Source: Nageia nagi
Taxonomy: Eukaryota; Plantae; Pinophyta
Assembly: GCA_050084985.1 (NCBI GenBank)
Contig: JBITNC010000001.1
Location: 190,588,001 to 190,652,000, forward strand
DNA length: 64,000 nt
Direction of reading: 5' to 3'
Position numbers and translations under genes: made by a program
In this document: piece after piece, positions 27,537-42,213 of the stretch
How the letters are laid out: every line of letters begins with the position of its first letter
Numbering within the stretch: the stretch's first letter is position 1
The notes under the pieces: model-generated
Databases searched by the model: none
What the model saw: only the letters and a program-made list of their open reading frames with translations
Told to the model about the DNA's origin: nothing

Positions 27537-29645
27537 AATTTTTCCATATTGTTCTCACAAAAGTTCATTTCTTTTTTAACCATAACAATATAGTTATTCC
27601 TAAATCATTATAAATGATGCATTATCAAACATTTATATACTTTATCTCATATTTCTTATAGTGTGATATATTATCATTTCAAATCTAGAATTTGTCCCTA
27701 TGCCTAAGCCATTCATTATTTCCCTTAAATATATACAAATTATTTACCAAATTCAATAAGTAGTTAACTTGTCTTACAAGCAATTCAAAGGGACAAACCA
27801 TGAAATAAATAGTATTTTTTGTGGAAAAATCCAAATGGAAAAAACTATAGTCAAATATTCTTAGAAGCTTTATCGGTCATGAATCATAGTTATAATCCTC
27901 TTCATGCTCCATGCATGGTTTTGAATTATATAATATAATGAAATAGTTAAAATCTCAATTGGGCCTTTATGTTTCAAAGCATCTCATTATGAAGGCTCAT
28001 AACGCATACAAGTATATCATTTTTTGGTGAGGGCTTATAGGGGTATATCTAGTAATAAGCAATAAGAATATTTAATCCTTAACTATGGAACAATATGTAT
28101 GTAATAAATTATTTATACAACATGATGGAATGAAGAAATTAAATTCAATTTCTCATGGCCTTTACTCCACTCTTATGCAACCTGAAAATATGTTTAAGCA
28201 TGTCCTTCTTATGGATACTATTACCTCTATCACACATTATCTAATGCAATTCAACCCTTAAATCCTATATGCATAATCCTTCCCTACTTATTTCATGCAT
28301 ATTAAGAGTATAACAAAAATATTTATAATCTTTTTTTCGATTTTCATCTTGCTCATATCCAAAAAGAAATAAAAGGGTCTTTTTTTTTTAAATAAATGGT
28401 ATCATTGTATTGTTAATGACATCCTTATAAGATATATGAATATTATTTAATGAGTAACTACTCATGGTAGTAACTAAATAAAATATTCATTAGCATTTTA
28501 TAAAAGGATTCTTCTCAATAAAATATATCCTTTTTCTAAATATTTTATAAGAATTCATTAATGATATTCATTTAAAACAAATTCTAACAATTCATTCTAA
28601 TAAAAATTTTATCAAATATGAAAGGATTGTTCCTTTAACAAAAATATCTTCTCAAGACATACAAATCAAAGATATCTTCTATCTTTCCAAATTATGATAC
28701 ATAAAATGCATTTAGATGATATCCTTAAAAATTATCTTTCACTTTTTGAAAATATATTGCATGTAATATTGTAACTTAACAACATATAATTAAGAATTAC
28801 ATTTTTAATTGATACCATATATTTATTCTAAATGTAGTATGTGGTATGTAATTTAGAAATAAACCTTCCATACATTTTTATTTTTATATTCCACTTATTC
28901 AAGTATTAAACATATGTAATGTATCTTAACAATAAGATCTTTAGATTATTACATTTCAATGATACCTCCTAATTATCAAGAATACAAAACATGAAGTATA
29001 AATTAATAAGAAATTCTTGTTTATGTTATACAATTTAGAGATGTTTTTGATCTTTCTAAGTTGCAATACATGAAAAATATTTTGACCAAACCATATAAAT
29101 ATATAACATTTAAATCTATATTTTACCTATTAGAAGACTTAGAGTATTGAATTTCTTGGTATGCAAAATGTAATATATTTTTGGCATTTAGGTTCATCAT
29201 CTTATTTCATGTGTATCACAATTGAATAAAAATCATCAATAATTTATTACAAACTTTGTATAGATACTAAATAATATGAATTTTATGTTTGGAGCATTTA
29301 GAAAAATGATTAGAGAAACTACAACAATCATGAAAAGCCTCCTTAAATTATTTTTCAATTTTCTCCTCCCTCTAAACTATTAACTCATGAATTCTTTCCA
29401 AGCTTGAGTAAGAAGAATGATACAAGATAGAAGCCATTCCTACAATATTTCACAAGAGATCATCAAGCCAATGGGAGATCTTATCATGATTTAAAAGAGA
29501 GAAGATTCAAATATTTTCAAAGGATAATCTAATAAATTCATACTACCTAAGCTAAGATGCAAGAAGGTAAGAAAAACCTAGGTCAAACCAAAGAAAGGGA
29601 AATGACATTCTAAAAGATGCTACCAATCCAAAGAATAAAAGCATA

Positions 29646-29767
29646 TTATCTATGATTTCAAAAAAGGATATTGATTCTAAACATTTCATTTAGTGTTATT
29701 CCATAGTGTTATCTATGATTTCAAAAAAGGATATTGATTCTAAACATTTCATTTAGTGTTATTCCAT
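29646..29767. repeat. Tandem duplication, 63-bp period
   Basis: Two identical 59-bp copies (29646-29704, 29709-29767). Confidence 0.95.
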
Positions 29768-30049
29768 CCTAACTATGTGTAATCCTAAAATATGTGAGCA
29801 TGGAGTAACAGAATAGCAAGCATGGAGTAACAAAAGTGTGAGCACAAAGCAACAGAAGGGTGAGTGCAGCATTACAAAAATGGTCTAAGCAAGTGTAGTG
29901 TAACAGTAGTACAAATTCATCATAACAAAAGCTTGAACATGATAGGTTGTTATTAAGCAAAATTATAGCTTAGAAAAGCTATAATCCTACTAAAATACAA
30001 CCAAATAATGTTCAAAATGTGATGAATAAATCAAGAACACAAACTGATC

Positions 30050-31270
30050 AAAAGCACCCCAGAAATGGAAGAGCATGTTGATGTAGGAAAAACCTTTCAT
30101 AGAGGAAGCAATCAGTATGGTATTGGAGCCTAAATTCATTAATGATGAGGTTAGTAAATTGATTCCAAAAAGTATAATAGATAAGGAAGAAGATGGGCTA
30201 AAATTAGACCTTGTTGTTTGATTTGTTGGGGTACGACCCCCTCTAGACATGATTCAAAGTTAGATGAAAGTAAGATGGAGTACCAAAGGGTGGATATCGC
30301 TAGTTGCTCTCTAAAGAGAATTTCTATTATTCAAATTTCAATTTGATGAAAATCTACAAAAAGTGATAGAGATGGGTCCATGGTTCCTGGGGAAGAAAGG
30401 ATTAGTCATTAAGAGATGTGAGAAAATCTTCCTCTCTTATAGCAAAAATTTTAACTTTGTCCCAACATGGGTCTCACTACCTGGACTTCATCCATCTTGT
30501 TAGCACCTATATTTTATAGTTGGAATTGCAAAATTTATTATATTTCTTATCACAATTGAGTGATCAACAAGATTAAAACTTAAGTTTACATATGCAAGAT
30601 TTATGGTTAATTTAGATATTTCTAAACCTATGATGAAGGAGATAAAATTGAAAACACAAGATGGAAGACTATGAATGCAATCAATTGTATATGAAAACAT
30701 TTTGATACAATGTGAAATTTATAAGAGTTATGAGCACTATGCAAAGGACTACCTAGAAAAGAAAAGGAGGGATAAAAATAAGGGAGAAAAAGTAAAGAAT
30801 GAAAAGAAGTCTTAGGAAAAATAGAAAGAGCAAGAGTGGAAATTAGTATAGAAACAAAAAATAGAAAAAAAAATAGCAGAATACATTCAAAGCACAAAAA
30901 AAATGAACCACATCAAAAAAATAGTCAACTCCAAAAGATGTCCAACAGAAGAAATCAGCCATAACAAATTGGAACCCCTATGCAGTGCTGTCAATTTTAG
31001 AAGGAACAAATAGAGAAGAAGTAGATTACAATATAGATTTTTTGGAATATGATGTAGCAAACATGGAAGGTGTGGGAGTGGAAGAAAAAGTTGAAAAAAT
31101 AATCAAGAGGGAAATAAAAAAAATCAAGGAATGCATACAGTCAAGGAATAACAACACAACAAGAAGGCCAAGAAGGAATCCTACAACAAAATTTACTAAA
31201 CACTAGGAAATCAGCCAATGTTGGACAAAGATATGTTGGGAGACCATCCCAAGGATATACTAGAAAGAAA
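30050..31270 (+). pseudogene. L1-clade LINE ORF1 remnant (DUF4283 plus zinc knuckle)
   Basis: LVV*FVGVRPPLDMIQS*MKVRW...FLLFKFQFDENLQKVIEMGPWFLGKKGLVIKR...VPTWVSLPGL; YARFMVNLDISKP...QSIVYENILIQC..YKSYEHYAKDY. Confidence 0.88.
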
Positions 31271-34200
31271 CTCACTGAATAGGATATAACAAATGAAAAA
31301 TAGTAACTTTACATCATACCAATAAATCTTAGGCCACCTTTGGGCTGAATAAAGGTTTTCTTGATTAAGATATCCTAGTAGTAAAGCGATATTTGGATAA
31401 TATCCTAACTATAATTCAGAGGCATTATGGCTACATTTTGATTATTTTTTTGTATTGGGGATACCAACATGTTATAGTTGGGTATCATATGATCTAATTC
31501 GATTAATAGTTCTTTTGCAAATTATATTAGCTACCACCAAGTATAGCTGGGTAGTGGTTTTAGTTATCTGAATCCATTTTTTTGACCAATTTTGGGACCT
31601 AGCTTAAAACCTACACTTTTATAATATCTTTTACCTTTTATTATCATCCTAATTATGTTAGTTAAAAATAAATAGATTTTTATTCCACTAGTTTGTACTA
31701 GAATATGCATTGTATCATTATTCATATAAGGTCTTCCAAGGCATTAGTATGCACTCATAACTTCATTGAGAATGAACATGGGAGCTAAACTAATTTCAAT
31801 GTAGATAAATGACAACCATATGATTTGGAACATACTAGTTGATGATTAGAAGAATAATAATGGGAGTGAAGATAATACCCATTTCTAAAAATATGCATCT
31901 ACATCTCTTACCCAGTATTATGAACCCAAAAACTTCATCTCTAGTTGGATGTGCAATGTTAGATTATTAGGATATGAGGAGAAAATATCTTGGTAAAATA
32001 AAATATATAGAAACCCAAATATGATAAATTATAAGATGAATATGAACAACTCTACTCTCTACATAACTAGGAATTCAAATAGTAATGCAAATACCACAAT
32101 CTAGAGACTATAATATGTAAAACTTCCATATGATTCCTTCATAGTACATTATTTGTGCTACCTCTCTTCACATACTTTATTTTATCCATACCACCCTCTC
32201 TTATTTTTTTTCTTTGTACACTCTCAGCTCATATGCATGTGTGTAGTGTGTGTTGGCATCTTGCATGCCCACTTTACTTTGTCAGAGGTGTGGGTTGCAA
32301 GGTATCCATATTCATTTACATAACCATAATCTAAGCCAATGGTGGAGTCCAAAAACCTTCCTAATTAGGAAATGTATGATGTCCAAGAATGGACATTCTC
32401 CCCTATAAACCTTTCCAATATTCCTTGTTGGCAAAGATATGAAACAAGAATATCAATTTATCTAATTCTAATGTTAAAATAATTCATAATATTTATTTTT
32501 GACTTCATATTTATTTTAATAAAATATTTAACATTATATATTATGTTATATAAATATTAATGTATAATTAGCTAGTTACTTAAATATATAATATCTCTAT
32601 TGTTAAATTATCTCCATAACATTTGAATTTATCCCTTTATGTATTTATATAATTATTTATACAAATACATTATATCTACGCACACTTAAGGAAATCTTCA
32701 TTTAAGGAACTCGTATCATTTTGGGGAGCATATTCTATCAAATCTTCTATTATCTGACCTTTCTTAATTTTTTAATTTATGAACACTAAATTTTATTCTT
32801 GAAGAAACCCAAACACATTAGCTTCCCTTACTAAATTATGTATATTTTATAGCAAATAGCTCAATGGATCCATTTATGCTATAAAATAACTATTATTGTT
32901 AAGTATATAATATGTTAGTTTTTGTATAGTGAAAACTATAGTATAACACAACTTATCAATTAAGGTATATAATATGTTAATCTATCAATGTTTTGATTAT
33001 GTAATAAATATTTCTTTCATCACTACTTTCATTACTTTGAGCTAGCCTTATGCCTAACACTTTGATTGGTTCTAAAACATAAACGTATAATACCTTGTCC
33101 ATTTCTAAAGGAATTAAAACTAGTACATTAACAAAATATTCCTTAATAGCATTGAAATATATTTTACACTTATTATCTCATTCAAACTATGAATTATTCT
33201 CGAGAAGGTGAGTTAAAGGACCATATATATTCACTTGCTATGATATTAACCTTCTTATTTTTTAATCCTTCCATGAACACTTTTTAACTCTTTAAAATTC
33301 AATGGAGGAGATATCTCTATTATTGATTCATTTTCTTGACATCAACTTATATTCCTTTAGTTATTTATATTATGAAACCCAACTTATATAATAATACATG
33401 TTATTTTTTACAAATATTATTCATTAATTCAAATATGATTATATGTTGAAAACCCTTTTGTGAATGATTATTATAGAATCCATAATTTTCTCTATATTCA
33501 AAAGTGAAAAATTATCTTTACAATGTGCCTTATTTTGCATACCCTTATCTCTTCACTAGGCTTAGTTACATAAACTTTGTTAGAGAAACAAGGGAAATAA
33601 TCAATTCTATAATAAAATTATGTTGAAGATATTTTTCTATCTCCTTTTTAACTAATTGGGAAATGTTTGGTTTATTATTTCTTAATTTATATTTTATAGA
33701 CTTGGCATCTTTAAGAAATACAACATTATGTATAACAAATTTTAGATATAAAGTAAGGTTATCATCATAATACCAAGAAAATATATCTAAAAAATTTATT
33801 AGAATCGATTTATACTTATGTTATTACTATTTTGAAATCCAGTCTCCTACTTTTGTCAACCTTGGATCTTTCTCATTTCTAATATGGATATCAATTTTAT
33901 CCTCATTCAAAAATGTGGGTTCATGTCTTAACTTTCATGGAGTATGTAACACTCCTAACTCTTCACCATAAATATATTTGTTAGCCATCATTCCCCTTAC
34001 CTATCTATTGCTAAACTAAAATAATAAGAGATCTAATGTAACTAGTATAAACCTATTATATCTTGATGGCCAAATACTTAGTATGCATTCATGCCATACT
34101 TTTTGTTATCTTTCTCTTACTTGTATCCAAAATAGGAATGATCAAGGAGTATATATCTTAATTTTCTCTTTTTATTTAATTTGGTCAACTTTAGTTTTTC

Positions 34201-35214
34201 CCTAGGAAACTCAAGTAATGCATCTTTAGTTGAAAACATATCCAAAGAAGCCTCCTCATAAATTAACTAACCTTCATCCATTATTAATATTGGGAACTAA
34301 AACAAAAGAGCCTAAAATAATTTTTTTTAATTAATTTATATAAAAATATCATAAAGAATAGGATGATAATCAATCTCACCATATTTTTCATAGTTATTAA
34401 GATCATATATTACCCGTGTTTTGGATGAGATTGGGTTAATAGTTCCAAAACATTTAAAGGACCTTGCTCATTCTTTCCCAATTAAAGCTACAAAATATAT
34501 CCAAATAAATATCCATAATTGTTGAATTTATGGTCATATCATTTTTCTTTTTCATTTTTTTTAAATGAATTTCTCACTCTTTTTACTAATTTTTAGCTTC
34601 TATAACTAACTTTTTATTGATTCTAATTGTCCCTGGGAAACCTTGAGATATTCTTGAAACTCCTTATCTTTATTTAGGCTAAAAATTTATGGAGAACTAT
34701 ATTTATGGTTATATTTATTTTCCTAATAGGATCAATCATGGCCCTATTTTTAGCGAATTTTAAATTTTCTAAAGTCTTAAAGTGATTATGGAAGTTTTAT
34801 ATTGATCATTATGTAAGTATCAATTCATAAATTTTAGGCTTTTATTTTTTACTTTTTTTCAGTAGCTCTTTTATTAAGTTTATTCATTGATTTTGCATGA
34901 TTTTTTAAAATTATCAATATTCTTAAGTAAGGGAACCTCATTATGGGTTACAAGGGATTACCTTTAATTTTTAATTTTTAGCATATGCTAATTCTTGAAA
35001 TGATTTTCATATTATAAATACTTATATATATTTCCTTCATGGTCAAACTTGATACATCTATGAAATGTTGATAGGATGATCCCCATGGCATGGATACATG
35101 GTTTCCCTAGATGCAAGTTGTATGACAAGGAACTTTTAGTAATGTAATAAGGATAAATAATTATCTAGGGTAAAATTTCTATTGGAAAATTGATTATCCC
35201 TACACATTACTTTT

Positions 35215-35372
35215 TTTACTTATGTGAGGTGTCATTCAGAGCTATTAATCCTCACAAAGTTGGGGAAGGCACTTGCTAGCATTCAACTCAAGTAAATTTT
35301 TCAAGGAGGGAATTGATCCAGGCTCTTATGGTGGTTAACATTTTCCTTTTTCACCACACCACCCATGTGAGC
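35215..35372 (-). mobile_element. tRNA-derived SINE, ~158 bp
   Basis: Perfect 20-bp flanking direct repeat tatccctacacattactttt (35195-35214, 35373-35392). Minus strand has an A-box-like tggtgtggtga and a B-box-like ggatcaattccc about 31 bp apart, plus a short A tail. Confidence 0.85.
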
Positions 35373-36533
35373 TATCCCTACACATTACTTTTATTTATTA
35401 TTAAATCTCTTAATTTTATTTTTTTATTAAGTTGAAAAATATGATTTTGAAAAGATGTTGAACATTTTTATAGATAAAGATAAGAAGTATTATCTTGGAA
35501 AAAATCATCTAAGATCAAAATCTAGAACTCAACAATATCTTATCGAGTATGGACCCTTGTAAAATCGAGAGATACATATATGAAACATAGGCCTAAAAAA
35601 TTAAAGATATTTTACCACCTAAAAATTGTACTCCTCCAAAAAAAAAATCTAAAGGTTTTCTAAAATATGGAAAAACTTAAAATGAAACATAAGAACTCTA
35701 TTTCAAAAAATCAAAAAAGGGACCTAAAAGATTAAATAAACATTAATATTGCCCAACATATTCTAGTCCCCACAAAAATCATTTTAAAAAGGGATTTAAA
35801 CTTTAAACCAACTTCTCACCCTTATGTGAATTGAGAATCCACTGAAGAACCTTTTCTATAAGAAATCTCCTATAGGATCCTTTGATAGAAATCTCCTATA
35901 GGTACTAAGTATACATATATTTCCCCATTTATAAGGGACTAAGTTTTTATAGTATCCAAATCTAATCCACATTCTTCAAAAGAAACAAAGTAGGATATTA
36001 GGATAATAAGAGTGATATTTTACCTTCTCCATAGGATAAAACTTAATTTTTTCAAAAGGATAAACCCTCTAACACCTCTATATGTATTTGGTGTCTAATT
36101 AATATTCACCCATACACTAGTTAAATGAGCTTCACCAACCATCCACCACTAATAACATTCTTCAACTCCAAATGAGAATAATTATCAAGGTTAATATATT
36201 GAAACATGTCACTTATGAGTCCTTCAAAGAGATAAAATATGGTCTAAGTACCTCCAACACCCTTTCTTTATTGATTAATCAATATGTTCTCATACATCCA
36301 TACCCTAAACTCCAAGGATTACCATTTAAATCCCCTACCCATCTCTCCTACCATATATTGTTATTAATTACCCTAAGGATTATACTAAGGAGATAGAAAT
36401 AATCACTTCAAACTCTAAAATATCTTGAGCTAAAAACCTACCTTGATAGGATTTTAATTATATCTTTATTTTCCCATAAAATAAAGCCTTTAAACTTCTA
36501 CTACTTCTTATTAAAAACCCTTATGATGGGTTA

Positions 36534-39500
36534 TGTTGATTGATGAAATGCTCTCTAGAACCATTGGAAGAGATTTTTCAACCAAGAATTGGAAGGAGGG
36601 TGAATCCTATAACCTTTATGTGTTATATAGATCCTCTCCTATCTCTATTCTCTATGGAGGGGCTTGGGTGAAGGTTGAAAGTTGCAAAAAAGAGAGGGAT
36701 ATGATAAAAAAATAAAATAAGGTGAGGTGCAAGAAAGAAATTACCCTAAGGCCTACAAATGCAAGCACTTGTAGCTATTAGACTACTAGGAAAAAAGGAA
36801 AGGGAGTGTAGATAGAGATAATAGGCTTAAATACCTCAAATTCATGTGAACTCCCATGATGGGAAGAAGGAAATAATATCAACAATTATAGTACAAGGAA
36901 GAGTAAATGATTCTATAGTCCACTTCCAACCACTAAGAAAGACCTAATATAAAGGAAACACATAGAAGATGTCACAACCCATACACAACCTACTACAATG
37001 TCATTTTATTTAGGGTCAGTCCTATATTGCACAAACCCACAAACATCCATGAGGAAGACAAACTAGAATTAAATGCTAACAACCTTAGTAAAAATAAGGG
37101 TAATATAATATAATTAAAACCAAAAAATCTATTTCAAGGAGCATAAGAAGAATGCTTAGGGAAATATCATTACAATATCATTATGCTTTGTTTTCTAGCT
37201 TTTGAGCCAGTTACTTTGGAACAACTACATCTACCTAATCCTATAAAATACATTAATTTTTAGCCTATGCTTAGTGCAAGAATGCCACCTAAAAGTAGCT
37301 TTGCATAGAAAACATCAATCTTTAAACTAAATAGGGAGACCATGTTGTCTATTTAATGCTCTAAAATGTAGTGCAAAACTATTTTATATTTTCATTAAAT
37401 GATCATAGATGTAGAAGTAGTTTTTAAGCTAAATTATTAGTCAATTGATAGATGACTCTATTGATTTCATCTGCCTTGGTGCTCCCAGTCTTCTTTGATA
37501 AAATTTACAAGTTTTGGGGCCTTCATTTATACATATGTAGCTATGGTATAATTATTCTTGATCCTTTATGACTCAATAAATATTTCATCAACCTCTTATT
37601 GCTATGTGGAGTGATGTGTTATCAAAGTTGATGCATCAATAAAGGTTTTATGTATTTGATAATGGATGGACCTAAATATTTTGATAGCTTAGGATTTACT
37701 AGTGCTTTAGATCCCTAACTTCCTACTTAAGTTTGATGTTATCATGAGCTCCAGGAGTGCAAGTGCTATAGTAGTACCAAACTTCTAAAGATTCTCTAGA
37801 AATTGGTGTAGTGTTCGATACTTTTTTCTTCATGTATGGATTTATTAAGTGATGTCTTAATAGTGGCTATTCTTTCAGTGATAATCCATGTTAAAGTGGA
37901 TCCTTTAATATTCTTATTGATTTGCAACAATCCTCATGATCCCACTAAATAATGATGATGTCATAAGATTTGATAGTGCAAGTATAGTTTCAAACTCTTT
38001 TAGAATATTTTAAGTGCATAATACATAATTACCCAACTAGAGTAAAATGAGTGCCAAACTTCCTATCCAACCCTCCACATTTCTTTTCTTGTTCCCTAAT
38101 AAAATGGCTAACAAACTATTCAGGAAAAATATATGATTCTAATCATATGTGAAATTTTACTACCCACTATAGCATGCATGGGGTTCTTGAACTATGTTTC
38201 TATTTTTACTAAGGGTTTTAATAAAATGCATATGATTGACTATAGTACAGAAGAGATGGGTCTGGTGAAAAACAAAGTTGGGGTACATTATATTTAGACT
38301 ACAAAGAAGGTTATCCTAACTTCCATGAACTTGCATATATAACTTTACAAAATTCTAAAGAGAAAATAGAACATGAAATTATTCCTCCTGATCATTAAAA
38401 GGACAAGAAGATATGACTAGTAGTCATATCACATGTTCACAACATTTTTGCCTCAAAAAAAGAAGCTTCAACTAGACTATAGCATCAATTAATAGTAAGG
38501 AGAAAATTGATATTTAGATTGTGGTAGGGGATTATGGGATGTAATAAGAGAAGTACTTCTTTAACACTCTTCCCATAAGGAGATTTTTTATAAGGTTACA
38601 TCCAAATGGTTAGCCCTTACTATATACCATAATCATGAGCATCCTTAGCAACATGAGCATGTGATTTTCAAATATATAATGAAATGATATGGAGGAATCA
38701 ACATGATTTTGATATAAGGAGACTTGACCTCTATCCCTCCCACTAAGGACATGAAATGAATAAATAAAAAGCAAAATTTCCTCAAAAGTTTTAACATGTG
38801 ACATGGGGCACTGACTAGTATGCTTATAAAGAGAGATTTAGCTTCCTCCATTACCTTAGTGTTATTTTCTATAAAAAAAAAAGAAAGTAATTATACATCT
38901 TTAGAGATATATCAGTACTCCTTTAGGTCAATATACTAGTAATATTTAATATCAAAAGGTTGATTAAGGGGTTTGTGAATGAAAGGATATGATAGGCTAT
39001 CAATACCAAATATGTCCATTATGTTCAAATATATTATAGGTAGATATCCTTCTCTATAAGTTAATACACATGAATAGGCAAATATATCTCACACCATCTA
39101 GAAATGAAGTGTAATAATGGGTTATAGGTTCTATATATATCCACCATGTGCAAATATATTCTAGATTGACATCTTTTCTACAAGGTTATAAATTTTCACA
39201 AGTAGGCATACCTCGCACCATGAGTGACTAGTAGATGGATTATAAGGATGGTTGTGTATGATCATATATCACTAGTGATATTGGCCTAGATAAGTATTTG
39301 AGACATCTACGATACATATCAACTCTAAATTCCATTATGGCACCTCATGAAGCTTGAGAGAGGAATTCTCGGTGCAAGATTGAATGCCCCTCTTCAAGCC
39401 TCCCAAGATACTAGTTATTCATTATTGTTTGGTCTTTATCTTGGCATATTCATTCATATTTGTTCATACTTTTATATATAAAACCATACATACATTGCAA

Positions 39501-42213
39501 TTTGATCTTTCTAATGACTAATAGGTTCCAAATTTGATGAAATCTCTTTGGATTGATATATCTAAAAAAGCTCTTCTTAGTACCACTTTATTGGTTAAAG
39601 GATAGTGAATCGAGTGGTCAAGAAACTATTTACTAGGACTGGCATGATATAAATAAACTAATATTAATAACATAAAAACTAATAATAGATATATATATTT
39701 AGATTATTAGATAAATTGATAGATAAATGAGAGCTTATGATAATATTTAATGAATGTACATCGCCAAATACCAAGTGATGGATATATATAATGAGTTCTC
39801 TTTTGAAAACATAGACCATAATAGAGTAGTAACATCAAATGAACTAATATGTATGACCATAGATGATATACTATTTTTCAAAAAATGTGGCTTTTAAGAC
39901 ACACCTACCATATTTACAGAATCATCATACTCATTTGGGGTAACATTTTGAAATAGACCATATCTAATGAGGAAATAAATAAGAGTTAAGATGATGTGGT
40001 CCTAACATCTCAATCCATATTATCCTCTTCTTATAACATATCTATGTTAGACTCTCTATGGTTTGGATCAAATTTCATAGTAAGGATATAAAATATTTCT
40101 TGCTATATGCATTATTTACATACGGTATAAGTAGATTTAGCATATGACAAGATTCACCTTAAAAATATGTGGGGACCTTAGTTATTTAATTGTCCAAAGT
40201 AGGAAAGGAATGCAACTTCCATGTACATTTTTCCCTTAATTGAAGAAATTTTCCACATTCCTCCATGTTATCCCTATTTACATAGACATCCTGAAGTGCA
40301 AGACATTGGGTCCCATCGGGTGTTCCAAAAACTTGTTGACTGGCAAAGTGCTTCCTAGTGCCATTGGAATATATCCATTATGCAAAAATTAGGAGGATAA
40401 ATCCTCCAAAATTTGGGTGTTATACAGGATGGATCCTATTTCCATTCATTATGGATGAGCTTGGGTTAAGATTAAAAGTTGTAGAAAAGAGAGAGAAATA
40501 ATAATAAAATAAAATAAGTTGAGGGTGTAGAAAATAAATTAAAATGTGCATGAAATAAATAACATTGAGGCTTACAAATACAAGCACTAGCAGGTCTTGA
40601 ACTATTAGTAACAAAGGAAAGGACATGTAGAGAGAGAAAATAGGCTTAAGGAAGTGAAAATGATTATACATTCCACTTCCAACCACCAAGAAGGACCCAA
40701 TACAAAGGGCAACACACACAAGATGTCATAGCCCATACATAACCTACTATAATGGCCTTTTGTTCAAGGTTAGTCCTATACTACATAAACTCATAGACAT
40801 CCATGAGCAAGACAAATTTAAATTAAATTCTAATATCCTCAACATAAAGAAGGGAAACATAACTAAATTAAAACTAGGAAATCTATTTCAAGGATCATAG
40901 TAAGAACACTCAAGGAAATACCATTACAATATCATTGTGCTTCTCTTTATAGTATTTGATTCAATTACTTTTTGAACAACTAAATCTATCTCCTCCTAGA
41001 AAATACATTAATTTTGAGCCTATGCTTAGTACAAGTATGCCACTTAAAAGTGGCTTTACATAAAAAACATCAATCTGTAGACCAAAGAGGGAGACCATGT
41101 TATTTTTTTAAATTTTCTAAAATATATTATAGAATTATTTCAATTTTTTATTAAATGATCATGGTTGTAGTATTTTTCCAACTGAATTATCAATCAATTG
41201 TTAGATGATTCTATCAACCTCACCTTGATGATCCTAGTCTTCTTTGACATAATATATAAGTTTTTATGTCTTCATTTGTACATATGCAGCTATGGTATGA
41301 TTATTCCTAGTCCTTTATGACTCATAATAAATATTTCACCAACCCTTATTGCTACATGGAGTGATGCGTTATCAAATTTGACATGTTAGCAAAGGTTCCA
41401 GGTATTAAAGAGTATATGGACCTAGGTATTTTTGGTATCTAGGGGTTTACTGGTGCTTCAAATTTCTAGCTTCTTACTTAAGGTTGATGTTTTCATGAGC
41501 TCTAAGATTGTATGATTACTATAATGCTAAACTTTTTAAGATTTTATGGTAAATAGTGTAGTGTTTGACACCTCTATCTTCATGTATGGATCTAGGAAGT
41601 AATGTGTTGAAAGTGGTTATTCTTTCAATAGCAATCCATGTTAAATCAGTTCCTTTAATATTATTATTACTTTTCAACAATCCTCATGATTTATTAAAGA
41701 ATGATAATACTAGAGGCTCTAAGAGTGTGGGTATAGTTGTTATCTCTTTTAGAATCTTTTAAGTGTAAAGTACTCGATCACCCAACTAGAGTAAAATGAA
41801 TACCATACTTCCCGACCAATCCTCCATGGTTCTTAGCTTGTGCCCAATTGCATACAAAATGGTTGATAAATTACCTAGGTTAAATATTTGAGTCTAATCA
41901 TATGCATAATTTTACTACCCATTGTAGCAGCGGGGTGCTCGAACTATGTTTCTACTTTTATTAATGCTTGTAACAAAATACATATGATTAACTATAGTAC
42001 TAAAGAGATGGGTCTAATGAAAAATAGAGTTGAGGTATATTATATGCCAAATAAAAATAAGCTTATCCTAACTTCCATCAACTTGCATACATCTCTTCTA
42101 AATTTACAAAATTTAACAAAATTCTGAAGAGGAAATAAAACATGAAATGATGCCTCTTCATCATCAAAATGATAACAATATATCACCAATAGTCATATCA
42201 AATGTTCACAACA
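36534..42213 (-). mobile_element. Internally deleted / non-autonomous Gypsy element with ~1.9-kb LTRs
   Basis: Direct repeats 36534-38444 and 40334-42213, both TGTTGA...tcacAACA on the plus strand. Minus strand has an Arg-tRNA-like PBS (tggaacacccgatgggac) next to 40334 and a PPT remnant gaggcaaaaa next to 38444. The internal region is only ~1.9 kb, with a weak gag trace (PMSHVKTFEE). TSD is weak (ggtta/ggatc). Confidence 0.8.

Noticed and set aside
32680-32765. Short CpG-containing minus-strand open frame (GQIIEDLIEYAPQND...)
   Set aside because: No polypyrimidine acceptor and no recognisable homology.
35300-35372. tRNA gene
   Set aside because: Only degenerate A/B boxes are present with no clear cloverleaf. 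The TSD and A tail indicate a SINE.
35900-36530. Possible minus-strand LINE ORF1 (NGNPWSLG)
   Set aside because: A single weak motif, not enough to call by eye.
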